DNA of 64,000 nt. Source: Owenia fusiformis. Taxonomy: Eukaryota. The notes beneath the pieces are model-generated. The model did not search any database. It was not told the origin of the DNA and saw nothing but the letters and a program-made list of their open reading frames with translations. Position 1 is the stretch's first letter. Every line of letters starts with the position of its first letter. The translations under genes were made by a program, and so were the position numbers. The DNA lies in the NCBI GenBank assembly GCA_903813345.2, contig CAIIXF020000001.1:2542001-2606000 (forward strand), given 5' to 3'. Shown here in pieces: positions 12,520 through 25,256 of this stretch.

Positions 12520-14240
12520 ATATACCAGAAATTGCTCAGACGCCATCGAATATCGAAAAATATAAATAATGTTACTTTGAATCTCCGATTATCTTTCTGA
12601 TTATTGAATAGATTGGATTATATAACTATGCTTGAGGGCTGATGGAAGATCAGAAGCTGAGAAACGTTCAGAGTAATCGACTCGTTCGGCGGGCCAATGA
12701 AAATTTGTCCCTTCCAAAGCGATGCATCATGGGAGATATTTATGTAAATTACCACCTGAACTCTTATCGCGAATAGGAGTATTACAATGGATAGACAATG
12801 TAAATGCTGGAAGCATATTATCTTTAAAAATCAGAATTTAGGACAAAACTTACATTCTCCGAAGCATTTTAGCAAGTTTCTTGAGATCCCTAGGTATCAA
12901 TGCATTTGGATGTAAATTAAGAACTAATTCTTTTCAAAAATTATTGAATTTTTCACCATACACATTTCTTTACATGAAGTCATATTCCTTTTATAAGACA
13001 ACATTAAGTGTAACAATGCAATGAACTAACTCAAAATCTGACATCTAAAAGAGAGAAAGCGCAATAGCACTTGGAATTTACTCTCAACTTGCCCATCCCT
13101 TCTAATCCCTATATAGTTGAGATTCTCAAAATTTCACACCAATTGTCTTTGATTTTTTTGATGAGTTACAACGGGATAAAATCCCAGTGACATTTCACCC
13201 CATGCCCTGAACTAAATGTGTTTTGTCATCCTGTGTGCTTTCTTGACAAAACATACCCACATAGCAAAAGAAATCATACATTTAACACATGATTACCTGT
13301 TATCTATTGAAGGTATCTTTGTTAAGCATATGTGGAACTCATAGCTTTTCCAGTCATTAGGCGTCACAATATAACATACTTTGTGTGTCAGTCACCAAGG
13401 ATTGAGTATAAACCTGAAATATATTTAAATAAATAAAATACATGAGATCAATAAACAAATGTTAAAAATATTTTGATTCTTGTGCATACTTTAAATATAT
13501 ATCTTATGAATCATGAAATTAAGTGAATTTTTTCCATACTGTATACAGCATTCTAGCTCAACTCAAACCATTATGTCATCTATTAAACTATCAATATAGC
13601 AAGTCATCTGTTGGCGTGTAATATGCAGGCACAATCAAACAACATTTCTAGAATAAGAAACTTTTCAGCCATATCAATTCATTGGGATTGTTCATATCCA
13701 AAAAGCCTCTACCAAGATAGATAGATGGTCTAAACTTCACTTTAGTACTTCAACATACATGTATAAATAATATCCTTGTTGATCTTGAAAGTCAGGTTTA
13801 ACATATTTTCAATGAAACTTTAACTGTAAGGGTCAAGTTATCAATTTCAATCCAAGGAGTCCAGTTATCACCTTGACAACCGTTTAACTAGTGACCTAGG
13901 CTTGAGTTTCTTATTGGTTATATTATGGAATGCAGTTATGTGAAATAGCGTCTTTGGATTGGCTGGAATCAGATATACCTTGCCTAGCTATATGTGAATC
14001 TGAAATTATTTCAAATGTAGTGGTGCAATTTTCTATATATTGGCAGCTCAGAAATAATGAGTAATGGTTGGATAAATTGTTTGAATTGAAAAAAAAACAC
14101 TGTCTTATTAAGGCAAAAAATCATAAAAACCTGTGAAAATAGATCCAAGGTGATAACTCATTTAGATCACAGGGTTACCAATATTTTGATGACACTTTAT
14201 TTTCTAAAAAAGAAAAAGGCCTACTCATCTTCCAATAACC

Positions 14241-15433
14241 CAGATGCGAGTAGAAATAATCTTGATTTACAAAATTCAGTCAAAGTAATATCATATTTGA
14301 AATCTACATGTAAAATTACATCTAGAAATGTGGTTTTAAAAAGTGGTTATCAACTTTGAAAAATTAATTTTCTTTGAAAATGTGACTTCTAGCTCGGGGA
14401 GATTCCCCATAGACCCCATGCTATAAAATCACGAAAAATGAAATAACTTTTCTTTTAGTGGACAGATAATATTTTGCTTTACTGGACATATTTTCATTAG
14501 TATAAGTATCAGACACATAAGGGTTACCGTATTCTCTGTAATTAGCGCCCAGGGCGTTTAGAAAATTGAAAATACATTATTTAGACCATTCTAATAAGCG
14601 CCCATGTATGAAAGAAATCAGAAATCCCGAGGAATTTCATGTATGGCAATTTTTCTTGACAAGAATGCATTTTCTTCAACATATTTTTATAATAATATGA
14701 CAAGTGCTGTTATTGGAGAGAATACGGTAAAGATCGCTTAGACAATATTGACAGTGGTTGAAGACCCGTCTATGTCTAATTTATTTCCGGCACGCCCACT
14801 TTGTCATTATCGCCGATTACCTTCAATATTTCCACTAGAGACTGCTGGATATCGATCTAAAGTTATACATTATTTCTAATTTGATGAGAGATCATCATTA
14901 TTCGTGCAAAAGCCGTGTAAAAGTCGAGAAACATTAAAAAGAAACCAGAAAGTTCATGACCTTGACATGCGCAGAACATCTGCGCAGTAGCTTTTGAAAT
15001 TTCTGAATGCCGATAAAGAACAATTCCTTCATTCATTATGGACTATTTGGAGACAATATTAGCATGGTATGGTGTGGGAAGCACCCATCGATAGATATGT
15101 ATCGAGAGGATGCATAGAATTACAAAACGCGTCGTGTTTACAGCAGTTTTAGGGTAAGTACTCTATTATCGCCCGCTCCTGGATTTTGAGAAATATTTTT
15201 TTCCTGATATATTCTTCAATTCTTGTTGATTCCTCGATGTTTCTTGAACTTTGTGAAGCGGGGTGGGCGCTTATTAGAGAGTGGGCGGTAATTACAGAGA
15301 ATACGGTATATGAAAATTGAGCCACTTAAATTGATAATATTCAAGTTTAAGGGAACTTTCTTATATACCTGCCATGTTAATTGACCCGAATCAGCCACCT
15401 GGTGGTGAAACTGGTAACTACTTACTCGCATTT
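14241..15433. mobile_element. MITE with CAGATGCGAGTA termini, hosting a nested Tc1/mariner-like MITE; second copy at ~20743-21167 in reverse orientation
   Basis: Terminal inverted motifs cagatgcgagta / tactcgcatttg; the body matches 20743-21167 as a reverse complement. Confidence 0.7.
14527..15306. mobile_element. Tc1/mariner-like MITE, TA target duplication
   Basis: TIRs ccgtattctctgtaatta / taattacagagaatacgg, flanked by TA on both sides. The empty site is visible in the host's second copy (~20863-20880). Confidence 0.85.
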
Positions 15434-15871
15434 GGGTAATTGCAAACATACTGTTAATCTCGAGTTTTGTGTCCATTATAGGTTCTCTTCAACATGTTCA
15501 TGAAGAATAATTTGACTGAATTTAGCAACCTGACCCATACAAAACCCGTAGCACTACCTTGTTCTATATTTTCAGCCATATTTTTCAGAGGCCTAAAAAT
15601 GTATTGACGTAAAAATCAAGAAACAAAATACAAGCTTTGGAGGGCATCTTACTTTCTGCTAGTTAGACCTTGATATATATTATGGTATTGAAAAGGTTAA
15701 ATTTTTGAGATATAAATGAATCTTATAAAACTCATATCTTTCCACAATTTAGAGTAACCCTGTATTATCATAGCTCCACATTATTACTACTAGACTGTAA
15801 TACACTTTTTTCTAAGTTTCTAAACAACATTTGAAAACCAAGCTACAATTCATTTTTAATTTCCTCAATAC

Positions 15872-16266
15872 TAGAGTCCATTTCACTGGTTCATTTCGTC
15901 AGTAGAACGGCAAAAATAAGAAATTGGGAGACCATTGTGCAATAATATATGGAAAAGTATTTTCATAATGTACATGAATGACATTTGTTTATTTCAGATT
16001 TTTTAGTTTTTTGTGCAATAAGCCTGTGCCGTCTTGTAATTTGAAGAATTTCAGCCATGTTAATCTTATTGAAAATAACATGGCAGAGAAACATCCAAAT
16101 ATAAGAGGCCACACACTTTATAAGCCAAACTAGAAGCAATCCAAGATATACAAATGTCATTCATGTACATTATGAATATACCTTTCCATATATTATTGCA
16201 CAATGGTCTCCCAATTTCTTATTTTTGCCGTTCTACTGACGAAATGAACCAGTGAAATGGACTCTA
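15872..16266. mobile_element. ~395-bp MITE with ~110-bp TIRs (TAGAGTCCATTTCAC...), copy 1
   Basis: Long near-perfect TIRs; a near-identical copy in opposite orientation lies at 43773-44167. No clear TSD. Confidence 0.85.
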
Positions 16267-16589
16267 GCTTGATGCAACAAGGGGCAACAAGGATGGGTTA
16301 CCTGAGACTAACATATGTAAAATGAATAGAAACCAAGGAAATATATAGAGGTTATTTACTAGGAGGGATTCAATATGGGTTTTATTCCGAGGGACAATAT
16401 GATATTTCCTAAAGGCCAGGAAATGCTGATGTTTCAAGAAAATGGCTGCCTTTTCAATTTTCCAAACTTGTTCTCCAACTCACTTACCAAAGAAGACAAT
16501 GTTATGATATTTTCCTGAAAAAAGCAAGGAAAAGCACACATGCCTCCATACTTTATTTTGTACCAGAAAAAAAATATATATAAAAAAAC

Positions 16590-18047
16590 AAAATGATATA
16601 TAATAGAACAATTGTCAACAACCCTGGCTCGAGATATAACCATTTATGTGACATGAGGGTCAAAAAACACCTTTTCAATTTTCATCGATTTTGCGAACAA
16701 TAGCCTATTTCTACCAAATTTTACTGTTCAGTTAAAAATTGCAACATTGTCATGAGTCTTTCATAATTGGATATTATATATTGTTTTCATTCAGTTTTTG
16801 AACCATTCATGCTCAATAAACATGTGTATGCTTATAAAACAAATTAGTTTCTTCTTAAGTCTGTCCAAATATGGCTCAATAGACCCACCCCCCGGACCAA
16901 TCCTCTGATCGGATTATTCGCTAAAGACGCGAAAGCCTTTGGTATAATTGATGGATCTCTGTGGAAGTACTGTTGAACTCGTAATTATTCATTCTTTCAG
17001 TTTGTCTACATCCCTGATAGGCTAGTGATCTTCATAGACCAACTGTTCTAAATGCCCCAAGTACTATACATGTTATCAACAGGATAGACTCTGTATATCA
17101 GTAAGCAAGAATAGGTACATTTGCGATAAAAGGCTCCTCAAATCGAGATGACATTTTTCTGAAAGGGTAGTGGTGTCCACTCGGAGTTTCCAAAAAAGGA
17201 AAGACCGTACAGGCCCTGTTTTTGTTGAACCAGGAGCAAAAATATACTCTGAATGTTAATGACATGAGGTGTTAAAAAGGACTCCTCAAGGATATAAAAA
17301 ACATGTGAAAGAAATTTCATTTTCTGATAGGAAAGTGCTTCATCACACAGGTCCAATGCTACCCTGGAGTTTTTGGAGATTCGAAATGACACCAACTCTA
17401 GCCCGGACAAATGGCTTACTGACAGTCCAGATGCCAATAATGTTGATTACCACACCTGGGGGCATCTAGAACAGTTGTTATTTAAAGATACCCAGCCTAT
17501 CAGGGATGTAGAGGAACTAAAAGAAAGAATAATAAATAGCAGTTGAATGGTACTTCCGCATACATCCATCAATTATGCCATCAACCAATGGCTTCTGCTT
17601 CTTAAGCGAATAATCTGATCAGAGGATGGGTCCGGGGGATGGGTCTATTGAGCCATATTTGGACATACTGAAGAAGAAATTAATTTGTTTTATAAGCATA
17701 CACATGTTTATTGAGCATGAATGGTTCAAAAACTGAATGAAAACAATATATAATATCCAATTATGAAAGACTCATGAAAATGTTGCAATTTTTAACTGAA
17801 CAGTAAAAGGTAGAAATAGGCTTTTGTTCGCAAAATTGATGAAAATTGAAAAGGTGTTTTTTGACCCCCATGTCACATAATTGGTTATATTTCTATATGG
17901 AGTTATTGAAAATGGTGCTGTTATATATCATTTTGTTGCAAATTAAATTATCTTTAAAATGATATATCATTGCTGGTGTACCTGTTAGAAAATAAAAATT
18001 TATCAGGACTAATGGCTAGGGGGGTGGTTTTTTTGGCCCACCCTGTA
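16590..18047. mobile_element. Fold-back Tc1/mariner-like MITE, inserted into a Kolobok-like MITE remnant
   Basis: ~490-bp inverted arms (~16590-17080 vs ~17450-17930); right end ...tttttggcccaccctg|TA. The flanks match the 26765-27168 family. Confidence 0.65.
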
Positions 18048-18160
18048 TATATCTTGAAAATAACATGTGCAGATATAACAATTTTTCAGAAATGTTTTCT
18101 TTCCACCAGTGCCTTTTATATATATGTGGTAGTTTAATCTTTCTAACATAATATAGAAAA

Positions 18161-19506
18161 CGGAGTGGCTCCAGGACCGACAATTGTCGGTACTGGAGAT
18201 TGTCCAGGGCTATTTGCTTGGGTACCGACAATTGTCGGCACTCTATCGTCACCTAGTAGTGCCAGATAGAGAACCGACAATTGTCGGTACGCAAGTGGCT
18301 GCTACGTGTTTTTGCTAGAGAGCCGACAATTTCATAAATAAATCCACTACTTTTACTTTGAGATTAACCCTATCACTGGTAGCGCAGTGGTTAGCGAGCA
18401 CGACTCAAACACACTCGGTCCCGAGTTCGAATCCTGGCAGGACCTACTTTTTTTTGAGGGGGGGGGGGGCATAGTGCTTCTTTTGCAGTATTTATTTCAA
18501 CAAAAAAAGATTCAACTTCCATCAAAATTGTCGTACAAGCTTCAATTAAAAAACATTTTAAAGCTCTTTTCTTGTTCTATCTAATGGGTCGATATATACA
18601 GTTAGGGGAGGGGAAGCTTTCGCCCCCGTTGCTCTCTACCCTTACTACGCCATTGCACAGAAGAAATATCTCATTTGGAATATATCACGGTTTACTTTGC
18701 GTTTGGTAGCTCTCTCATGCGAGATGGAATCGTGGCCATTAACTAAGGGAGCCAAATGCAACTTCCATCAAAAATTGTGCTATAAGGTATGAGTACCGTA
18801 ATCCAACACCAAATTCGAAAATTCATAACAATACTTTGCACATATGGCGTTCGTGACCAACTATGAAACGCTTACCCCCCCCATAGTGTTATATATCAAA
18901 ATGCACCTGTCCATATAGGGGTTCGATTGACCTACATCAAATTATAGGGAGTCCGGTTACTTTTTGAGATATCAGCGTCCGTTTATTGTAACTCGCGTTT
19001 GCTACCACTTCCTCAATTCTGATATGACGGGCAAACGCGTAGTAAACATGCTCACGTTCGGAACTATTTTGACCTACATCGCTATTTTCGTAGTTCAAAT
19101 GTAAGTTGAACTCCTCTTTATTTTGATACCAAATAGTGGCATACTAGGTACCCTAGAAGCCAACTATGGGTTATTTAGAACGATACCACAGGTTTTTAAA
19201 TGGACTATATAGGGGTCATACCTTTTGGCGGATGGATATGGAACCTCATACCATAAGCTTCAAATAAAAAACATTCTAGCTATTTTCTAGTGGGTTTTGC
19301 ACTTTTTCCCAAAATATCCGTATGATATCTGAAATATCCCCCGCGTATTGCGCATGCGCTAGAAAATTCCAAAATCATTATTTGTCGGTCCTCTAGCGTG
19401 TAAACACAGCATATCTCCCGTACCGACAATTTATTTGTCGGTCCTCTAGCGTGCCACCATATCAGAGTCTAGAGTACCGACAATTGTCGGTACTCTAGCC
19501 TTTACG
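18161..19506 (+). mobile_element. MULE/Mutator-like non-autonomous element (9-bp TSD) with an internal tRNA-like Pol III cassette, copy 1
   Basis: TSD TATAGAAAA (18152-18160 / 19507-19515); imperfect TIRs containing the palindrome ACCGACAATTGTCGGT; second copy at 27593-30167. Confidence 0.85.
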
Positions 19507-19912
19507 TATAGAAAAAGTATTTAATGATTTTGCACTTACCAAGAGATCAAAAGATGGGGCTCTGCATGTGATTCCAATTCTTATTCACTTTGTACATAAT
19601 CTCCCATATTGTAGATACATGTACATCTGAAAATCATCAATTTTGAGAACATAAAATCCAACAATAATTTCAATCATCTATATCACAGTGTTTTGTGTAT
19701 ATATAAAGTAGATACTAGTTAATGAATACATGTACACAAGTTGGTAGCAATGTGCACCTATGCAGAACTGGTAGTAGTGATAACACCACATGAGATGACT
19801 ATGGCTAATCAGCCATGCTAGGCAATGCATGTTATCAGGTAATCACAATGATAAACTGCAGATTTTCCTATGGTTAAATTAGCCCTATTCACATGTCAGC
19901 ATGTTGATGATT

Positions 19913-20400
19913 CAGGCCTGTCAACTGTCCCGCAATTTGCGTATTTGTCACGCATTTGCTGAAGAATTTGAAGTCACGCCAGTTTTTTTTGCGTGACAGA
20001 AAATGTCACGCAAATACGCATTTTACCTGGTAATTGTCACGCAAAAATATTTCTGTAGAAAATTTTTCAAAATATGTTGACGATACAGCAAAAATACGAA
20101 CGTCGGAAAAAACCGAACGCAATTTGTTCGGATTTGTCACACGAATCCCGTATGTGTCACGCATGTCAATTGAAAATTTTCGTACCTACCCCCCCCCCCC
20201 CCCCGTTGACGACATCGCGAGTGTAGTGAGCGCGAAAAATTGAGGTGTCCAAAATTTGATTAAATGCAATAAAATTGAAAACAAGGTGCTCAAATTGTGG
20301 CCAAGATGTTCAGATTTGGACCAAGGTGTCCAAAATTTGAACAAAGGTGTTCAACATTTGCAAGTCACTCATGTTAGGTGTCCCCAAGTTGACAGGCCTG
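19913..20400. mobile_element. hAT-like MITE, TIR CAGGCCTGTCAACT, 6-bp TSD ATGATT
   Basis: Perfect 14-bp TIRs; ATGATT at 19907-19912 and 20401-20406; internal repeated gtcacgc motifs. Confidence 0.8.
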
Positions 20401-20577
20401 ATGATTGAGCATACTTTTTCCCATGCACATAAAATGTTAAGTTTCTTTGACTGGCCCATTTGGTTTTGTATTCATGCAAAGCAACCAAGTATGTCCACAA
20501 ATACAACATCACAAATCATATCATTTTTTGATGTTACCATAGTTACCAGTTATCTGGTTAATTTTATCCAATATTAA

Positions 20578-21300
20578 GGTACAGCTGGAAAATAACATTT
20601 TGGGAAAAAATTGCTACACCTGCACATGTTGTTTTCTGGTACAAAATTAAGTATGAAGGCATGTGTGTATCTCCTTCCTTTTTTTCAGGAAAGTATCATT
20701 ACACTGTCTACTTTTACTAAACTTGGAAACAGGTCAATAACGCAGATGCGAGTAGGTAGTTTCCAGATTCACCACCAGGTGGCTCGTTCGGGTCAGATAG
20801 CATGGCGGGTATAGTAGAAAGTTCCCTTTAACTTAAATTACATCTATTTGCGTGGTTCAATTTTCATATAACCCTTATGTATCTAATAGTTATGTAAATT
20901 AAAATATGTCCAGTAAAAGAAAATGTTATCTGTCCAATACAAGAAAAGATAATTCACTTTTTGTGATTTTGTAACGTGGGGTCTATGGGGAATCAACCCG
21001 AACAAGAAGTCACATTTTCAAAAAAAAAAACATTTTCAAAGTTGATAGACAATTTTCGAAACCATACTTCTAGATGTCCTTTTACATGCAGATTTCAAAT
21101 ATGACATCGCTTTGACTGAATTTTGAATATTTAATGACGTAAATCAAGATTATTTCTACTCGCATCTAGTCTATTGTAGCTCCTGTGTTGTCTGGAAACT
21201 TCAAAAGAAAATTTGGAAAAATAGAAAGTGTGAAATATCAGAATTTCCTGGAGTACCCATTGAACTCTTACCAGATTTACTAAAAGAAGACAATGTAATA
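20578..21300. mobile_element. Truncated Kolobok-like MITE (TTAA|GGTACAGCTGG family) carrying a nested CAGATGCGAGTA MITE (20743-21167)
   Basis: Left end identical to the 26765 element; interrupted by the 14241-family element. Confidence 0.65.
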
Positions 21301-21654
21301 TGAAATATGAAATATAGCATTGTACCATATTCAATATGAAACACATCACTATACAATATGTTGGCTGATCCATACTAAAGTTAGCCCAAAGCAATTTGAG
21401 TTGATAGGCGTTACTGCACACACCAAATGGACTTCCTTGTCTCATCATTTCAATTCATATTTACTGCCTATTGATGTAGAAAATGATCAGTGAAGCAAAC
21501 CGAATTGGCATGAATTCAATGTGACCACATCCCACCTATTGAATAAGTAGGTACTTATATCTATATCTATAATTCTGGAAGAAGGATAGTCCTGTATAAT
21601 CCAGATACTTAAAGGTTAAAACAGGGATGGACCGTATGAGTATTAACTCATGAA

Positions 21655-22049
21655 CAAAGGACGATTCTCGGTTTGGAGAACGAAGTTCATCAATCTAAAT
21701 GAGCATTATCCCTGCTTCGGACAAATTTGATTTTTTTACATAATATAGATTTGAATGTCTTCTTTTGAATAGTCATAATTTAATTTGGGTAATATTTCTA
21801 GATTTTTCGCAAAAAAATATCAGCGCAGTACACTGATGAACTTCTTTCCCCAAATCGAGACTTGTATTTTATTGAATCGGTCTATTTGAGCATTATCCCT
21901 GCTTCAGACCAATTTGTAATTTTTACATCTTGTAGATTTAATTGTCCTCTTTTGAATATTTATAGTTTAATTTGGGTAATATTTCTATATTTTTCATGAA
22001 AATTTTTTTAGCCCAGGAGGCTGTTCTCCAAACCGAGAATCGTCCTTTG
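21655..22049. mobile_element. MITE with 27-bp TIRs (CAAAGGACGATTCTCGGTTTGGAGAAC) and an internal direct duplication
   Basis: Perfect TIRs; the tgagcattatccctgcttc block occurs twice internally. Confidence 0.75.
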
Positions 22050-22070
22050 AAAGTAGATTTCATATCTTAA

Positions 22071-23352
22071 GGTAGAAGTTCAATGTCTATTCCGAAGTCA
22101 GTTCACACGTTCCTAATACCAAAAATGAGAACTATATACAACATCGATATTTGTTCATTTGAAAAATCTCGCTTTGCTGTTCAAATGCAGCATGGCGCGA
22201 TCCAGATTAAGACGCAAAGCATCACTAATACTGTATTAAACCCTGAGAGACCGGATACGAAACACCGCAGAATCCATGACACACTAATGCTGTCATTATA
22301 TAAAATGGAATAATAATATTTTACCACAGATTCATATTATTCTATATTTTATTTTTTCTCAAGATACGGACAGTGAATTCTTTTGAAACACTTTTGTATT
22401 CTCATAGAATAATCAGAAAATCTGAATTGTGTAGTTTTAAAAAAAATAAACAAGAATTTCGTATTGTTGAGAACAATGTTAAAGGATAGGTATCGATATG
22501 GAGAACTGAATTCAACAATGTTTTTCTCTTAAACCAATCATTGAAAACATTCTGTAAAAAAACATGGTATTTTATGTAATGTTGACTAATTGACAACAAT
22601 TTAATGCGAAAATTATTTAGAAATATTTTATATAACTGTTTTTGTTAACATTTTTTGATTTTTAGTGCAATTGTTTTTGCTCCTTTCTACCAATTCTTGA
22701 GAATGAAATAAAATGTCTTTCCGAACCTTGTTGGAACAAAATAGCATATACAACATGTTTTTAGACCTCTCAATATTAAAGTTATACAAAGGAATTTTGG
22801 GTTGATTTTCAAAAAGTATTCAAAAAATTAAAATAAAATCCCCCAAAATAAATAAAAATCAAGAAAAACCTTTTATTTCATTAACAAGATACTTTTTTAA
22901 AATCAACCAAAATTTCCTTTGTACAATTACAATATTGAGAGACCTAAACATGTTGTGTTTATGTCGTTTTGTTCCAATGAGGTTCGGAAAGATGTTTAAT
23001 TTCACTCTGGAAACGTGATACCAAGAACAAAACAAGTGTTTGATGTGTTTTTTAAAACAATATAGATGAACGTATGTATATATATAAATTATATTGTTAC
23101 CATTCAAAAGATGGCTATTAAATTGACAATTTGTAAGATTTTCAGAAATTTTTGATGACTGGTTTAAGAGAAACGTGTGTTAAAAAAGTTTGCCATATCG
23201 ATACCCATTCTTTAAACATTTTCCAGAAATAACTAAACAGTCAATCTTCCTAATTTTCACATATTTTGTTATTCATCAGTATATCTTTCACCTTGATTTT
23301 TTAAAGAAAATCTGAATTGAAAAGAAAAGTTGGTCAACATTGAAGTTCTACC
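22071..23352. mobile_element. Kolobok-like MITE (TTAA|GGTAGAAGTTCAATG) with a nested AAAGGATAGGTATCGATATGG-family MITE (~22481-23213)
   Basis: TIR ggtagaagttcaatgt / acattgaagttctacc. The inner element has a reverse-orientation relative at ~46240-47256. Confidence 0.65.
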
Positions 23353-23679
23353 TTACATGTAACAACACTGTCATGATTCTAAAGGGGCAACAAGGTATGT
23401 GAGAAAATTCAAAAATTTTACTTTTTCTGAGCTATCAGGGCAACTAAACATCTGACATACCTTTTTTCTTAAAATGTATGGATAGACTATCAATTTCAGC
23501 ATTAAGAAGTGTAAATTCAGTTCAAAGTTTCTATGTTATGAAGCTACCAAATAGTGTAAATGTATATATTTTCAGACTATGTAGAACTCTATATGCAAAC
23601 TACATAACAGCATTGCTAAGCATAGTTAATCCCATTGAATGACTATGGCTGCTATTTTTGGAAATGGCCACCTATACAT

Positions 23680-24400
23680 TGAAGGTCAATCTGTTTTGGC
23701 CTAAAGAAGGTCATTGAAGGTCAAATCTCGAATCTACTGTCAGATTTGAACTTTTGAGAACTTGTAAATTCTCAAATTGGTCAATTTGAAGCAAGTTGAA
23801 AAAAGACCTTTTTTGACATCGGAAAAATACCTTTTTTGAAATTCAGAAGCTCATTGAAGGTCAAATCCTTTTTGACATTGACAAGATCATTGAAGGTCAA
23901 ATCTCAAATTTATAGTCAAATTTGAACCTTTGAGAACTTGTAGATGATTTTGAAAAAAGAAATTGGTCAATTTGAAGCAAGTTGAAAAAATACCTTTTGA
24001 CCTTTTTTGACCCTGAGATGTTCATTGAAGGTCATATCTCAAATTTATTGTTAGATTTGAACTTTTGAGATCTTGTAGATTCTCAAATTGGTCAATTTGA
24101 AGAAAGTTGAAAAAATACCTCTTTTGACCCGAGAAAAATAACTTTTTTGAAGTTCAGAAGCTCATTGAAGGTCAAATCTTTTTTGACCTTGACAAGGTCA
24201 TTGAAGGTCAAATCTCAAATCTATAGTCAGATTTTAACTTTGTGAGAACTTGTACATGATTTTGAAAAAAGAAATTGGTCAATTTGAACCAAGTTGAAAA
24301 AATACATTTTTTTACCCTGAGACGCTCATTGAAGGTCAAATCTCAAATTTTAAGTCAGATTTGAACTTCTGAGAACTTATTGTAGATGATGTTGAAAAAA
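23680..24400. repeat. Degenerate satellite-like GAAGGTCAAATCT/GACCTT repeat block; relatives at 1-40 and ~36540-37080 (reverse)
   Basis: Recurring cattgaaggtcaaatctcaaat...aattggtcaatttgaagcaagttgaaaaa units. Confidence 0.7.
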
Positions 24401-24505
24401 ATTTAGCTTGAAACTTATAGGCAATAATATAGCACACGATGGTTTGATGGAAATTTCCCAGTACACAGCCCCAGTCACGCTTTCGCACCTGACCATGATT
24501 AGACC

Positions 24506-24580
24506 TAACCAAACCCGTCTGGCCCAGTTATCTACTCTACGACGTCAGGAGTAGATAACTGGGCCAGACGGGTTTGGTTA
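24506..24580. mobile_element. 75-bp perfect-hairpin micro-MITE with 9-bp TSD GATTAGACC
   Basis: 32-bp perfect inverted repeat taaccaaacccgtctggcccagttatctactc with an 11-nt loop; GATTAGACC at 24497-24505 and 24581-24589. Confidence 0.8.
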
Positions 24581-25256
24581 GATTAGACCTATCAGTAAGC
24601 ATGTACCAAGGATGCAACACGCCTGTGTGTAACCTTGCACCATACTATGGATTGATCAATCAAAATAGTCAGCAGCAGCACCATCTATCTTATAAAATAT
24701 AGACTTGTATGTGTAGTTTAACATTGGTGTGGTAATCGAAACCTGACAAACCTAGTGAACCAAAAACATAAACTCATCCAATCATGGCGTAGTTCAATAC
24801 AAATGTAGGTCAAAATATCATTCGATAACATTTACACTTCAGAGATTCAAAGTTTAATCTTACCTCTGGAAAATTGAAAAACAAATGCTGATAACATTAC
24901 ACTTCAAAAGTTTTATGGTACTTATTGTACAAAAAGTGACAAAGTAACAAAAATACTCACATTCAAAATGTATATGCAGTCTTGCGGAATACGAAGCTTT
25001 CTGAATGAACTGATCCGAGAGGGGACATAGGATTGACTTACTTTATTAATCACCTTTTTGCTTTATAGACAGACAGGAAAATACAAACGTTGAAAGGTTT
25101 AAAAGTTTTTTTGTTCATAAATAGTCACACTAGGTAGTTGAATTCAAAAAATAATTATATAATTACATAATCAATGAAACGTGTTCTTAGTTCAAAGGTC
25201 AACTTCGTCCAACCTTCATCCCCTTCTAACAAGTAGCAACTATTTTTCTTTTCGAC

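Noticed and set aside
15963-16160. Identical 65-aa ORF here and at 43879-44076
   Set aside because: Identity comes from two copies of the same ~395-bp MITE, not from coding conservation.
18376-18445. Functional tRNA genes (also ~27808-27875 and 53011-53083)
   Set aside because: A and B boxes are present but the anticodon and acceptor stems do not pair properly; they are embedded in repeats.
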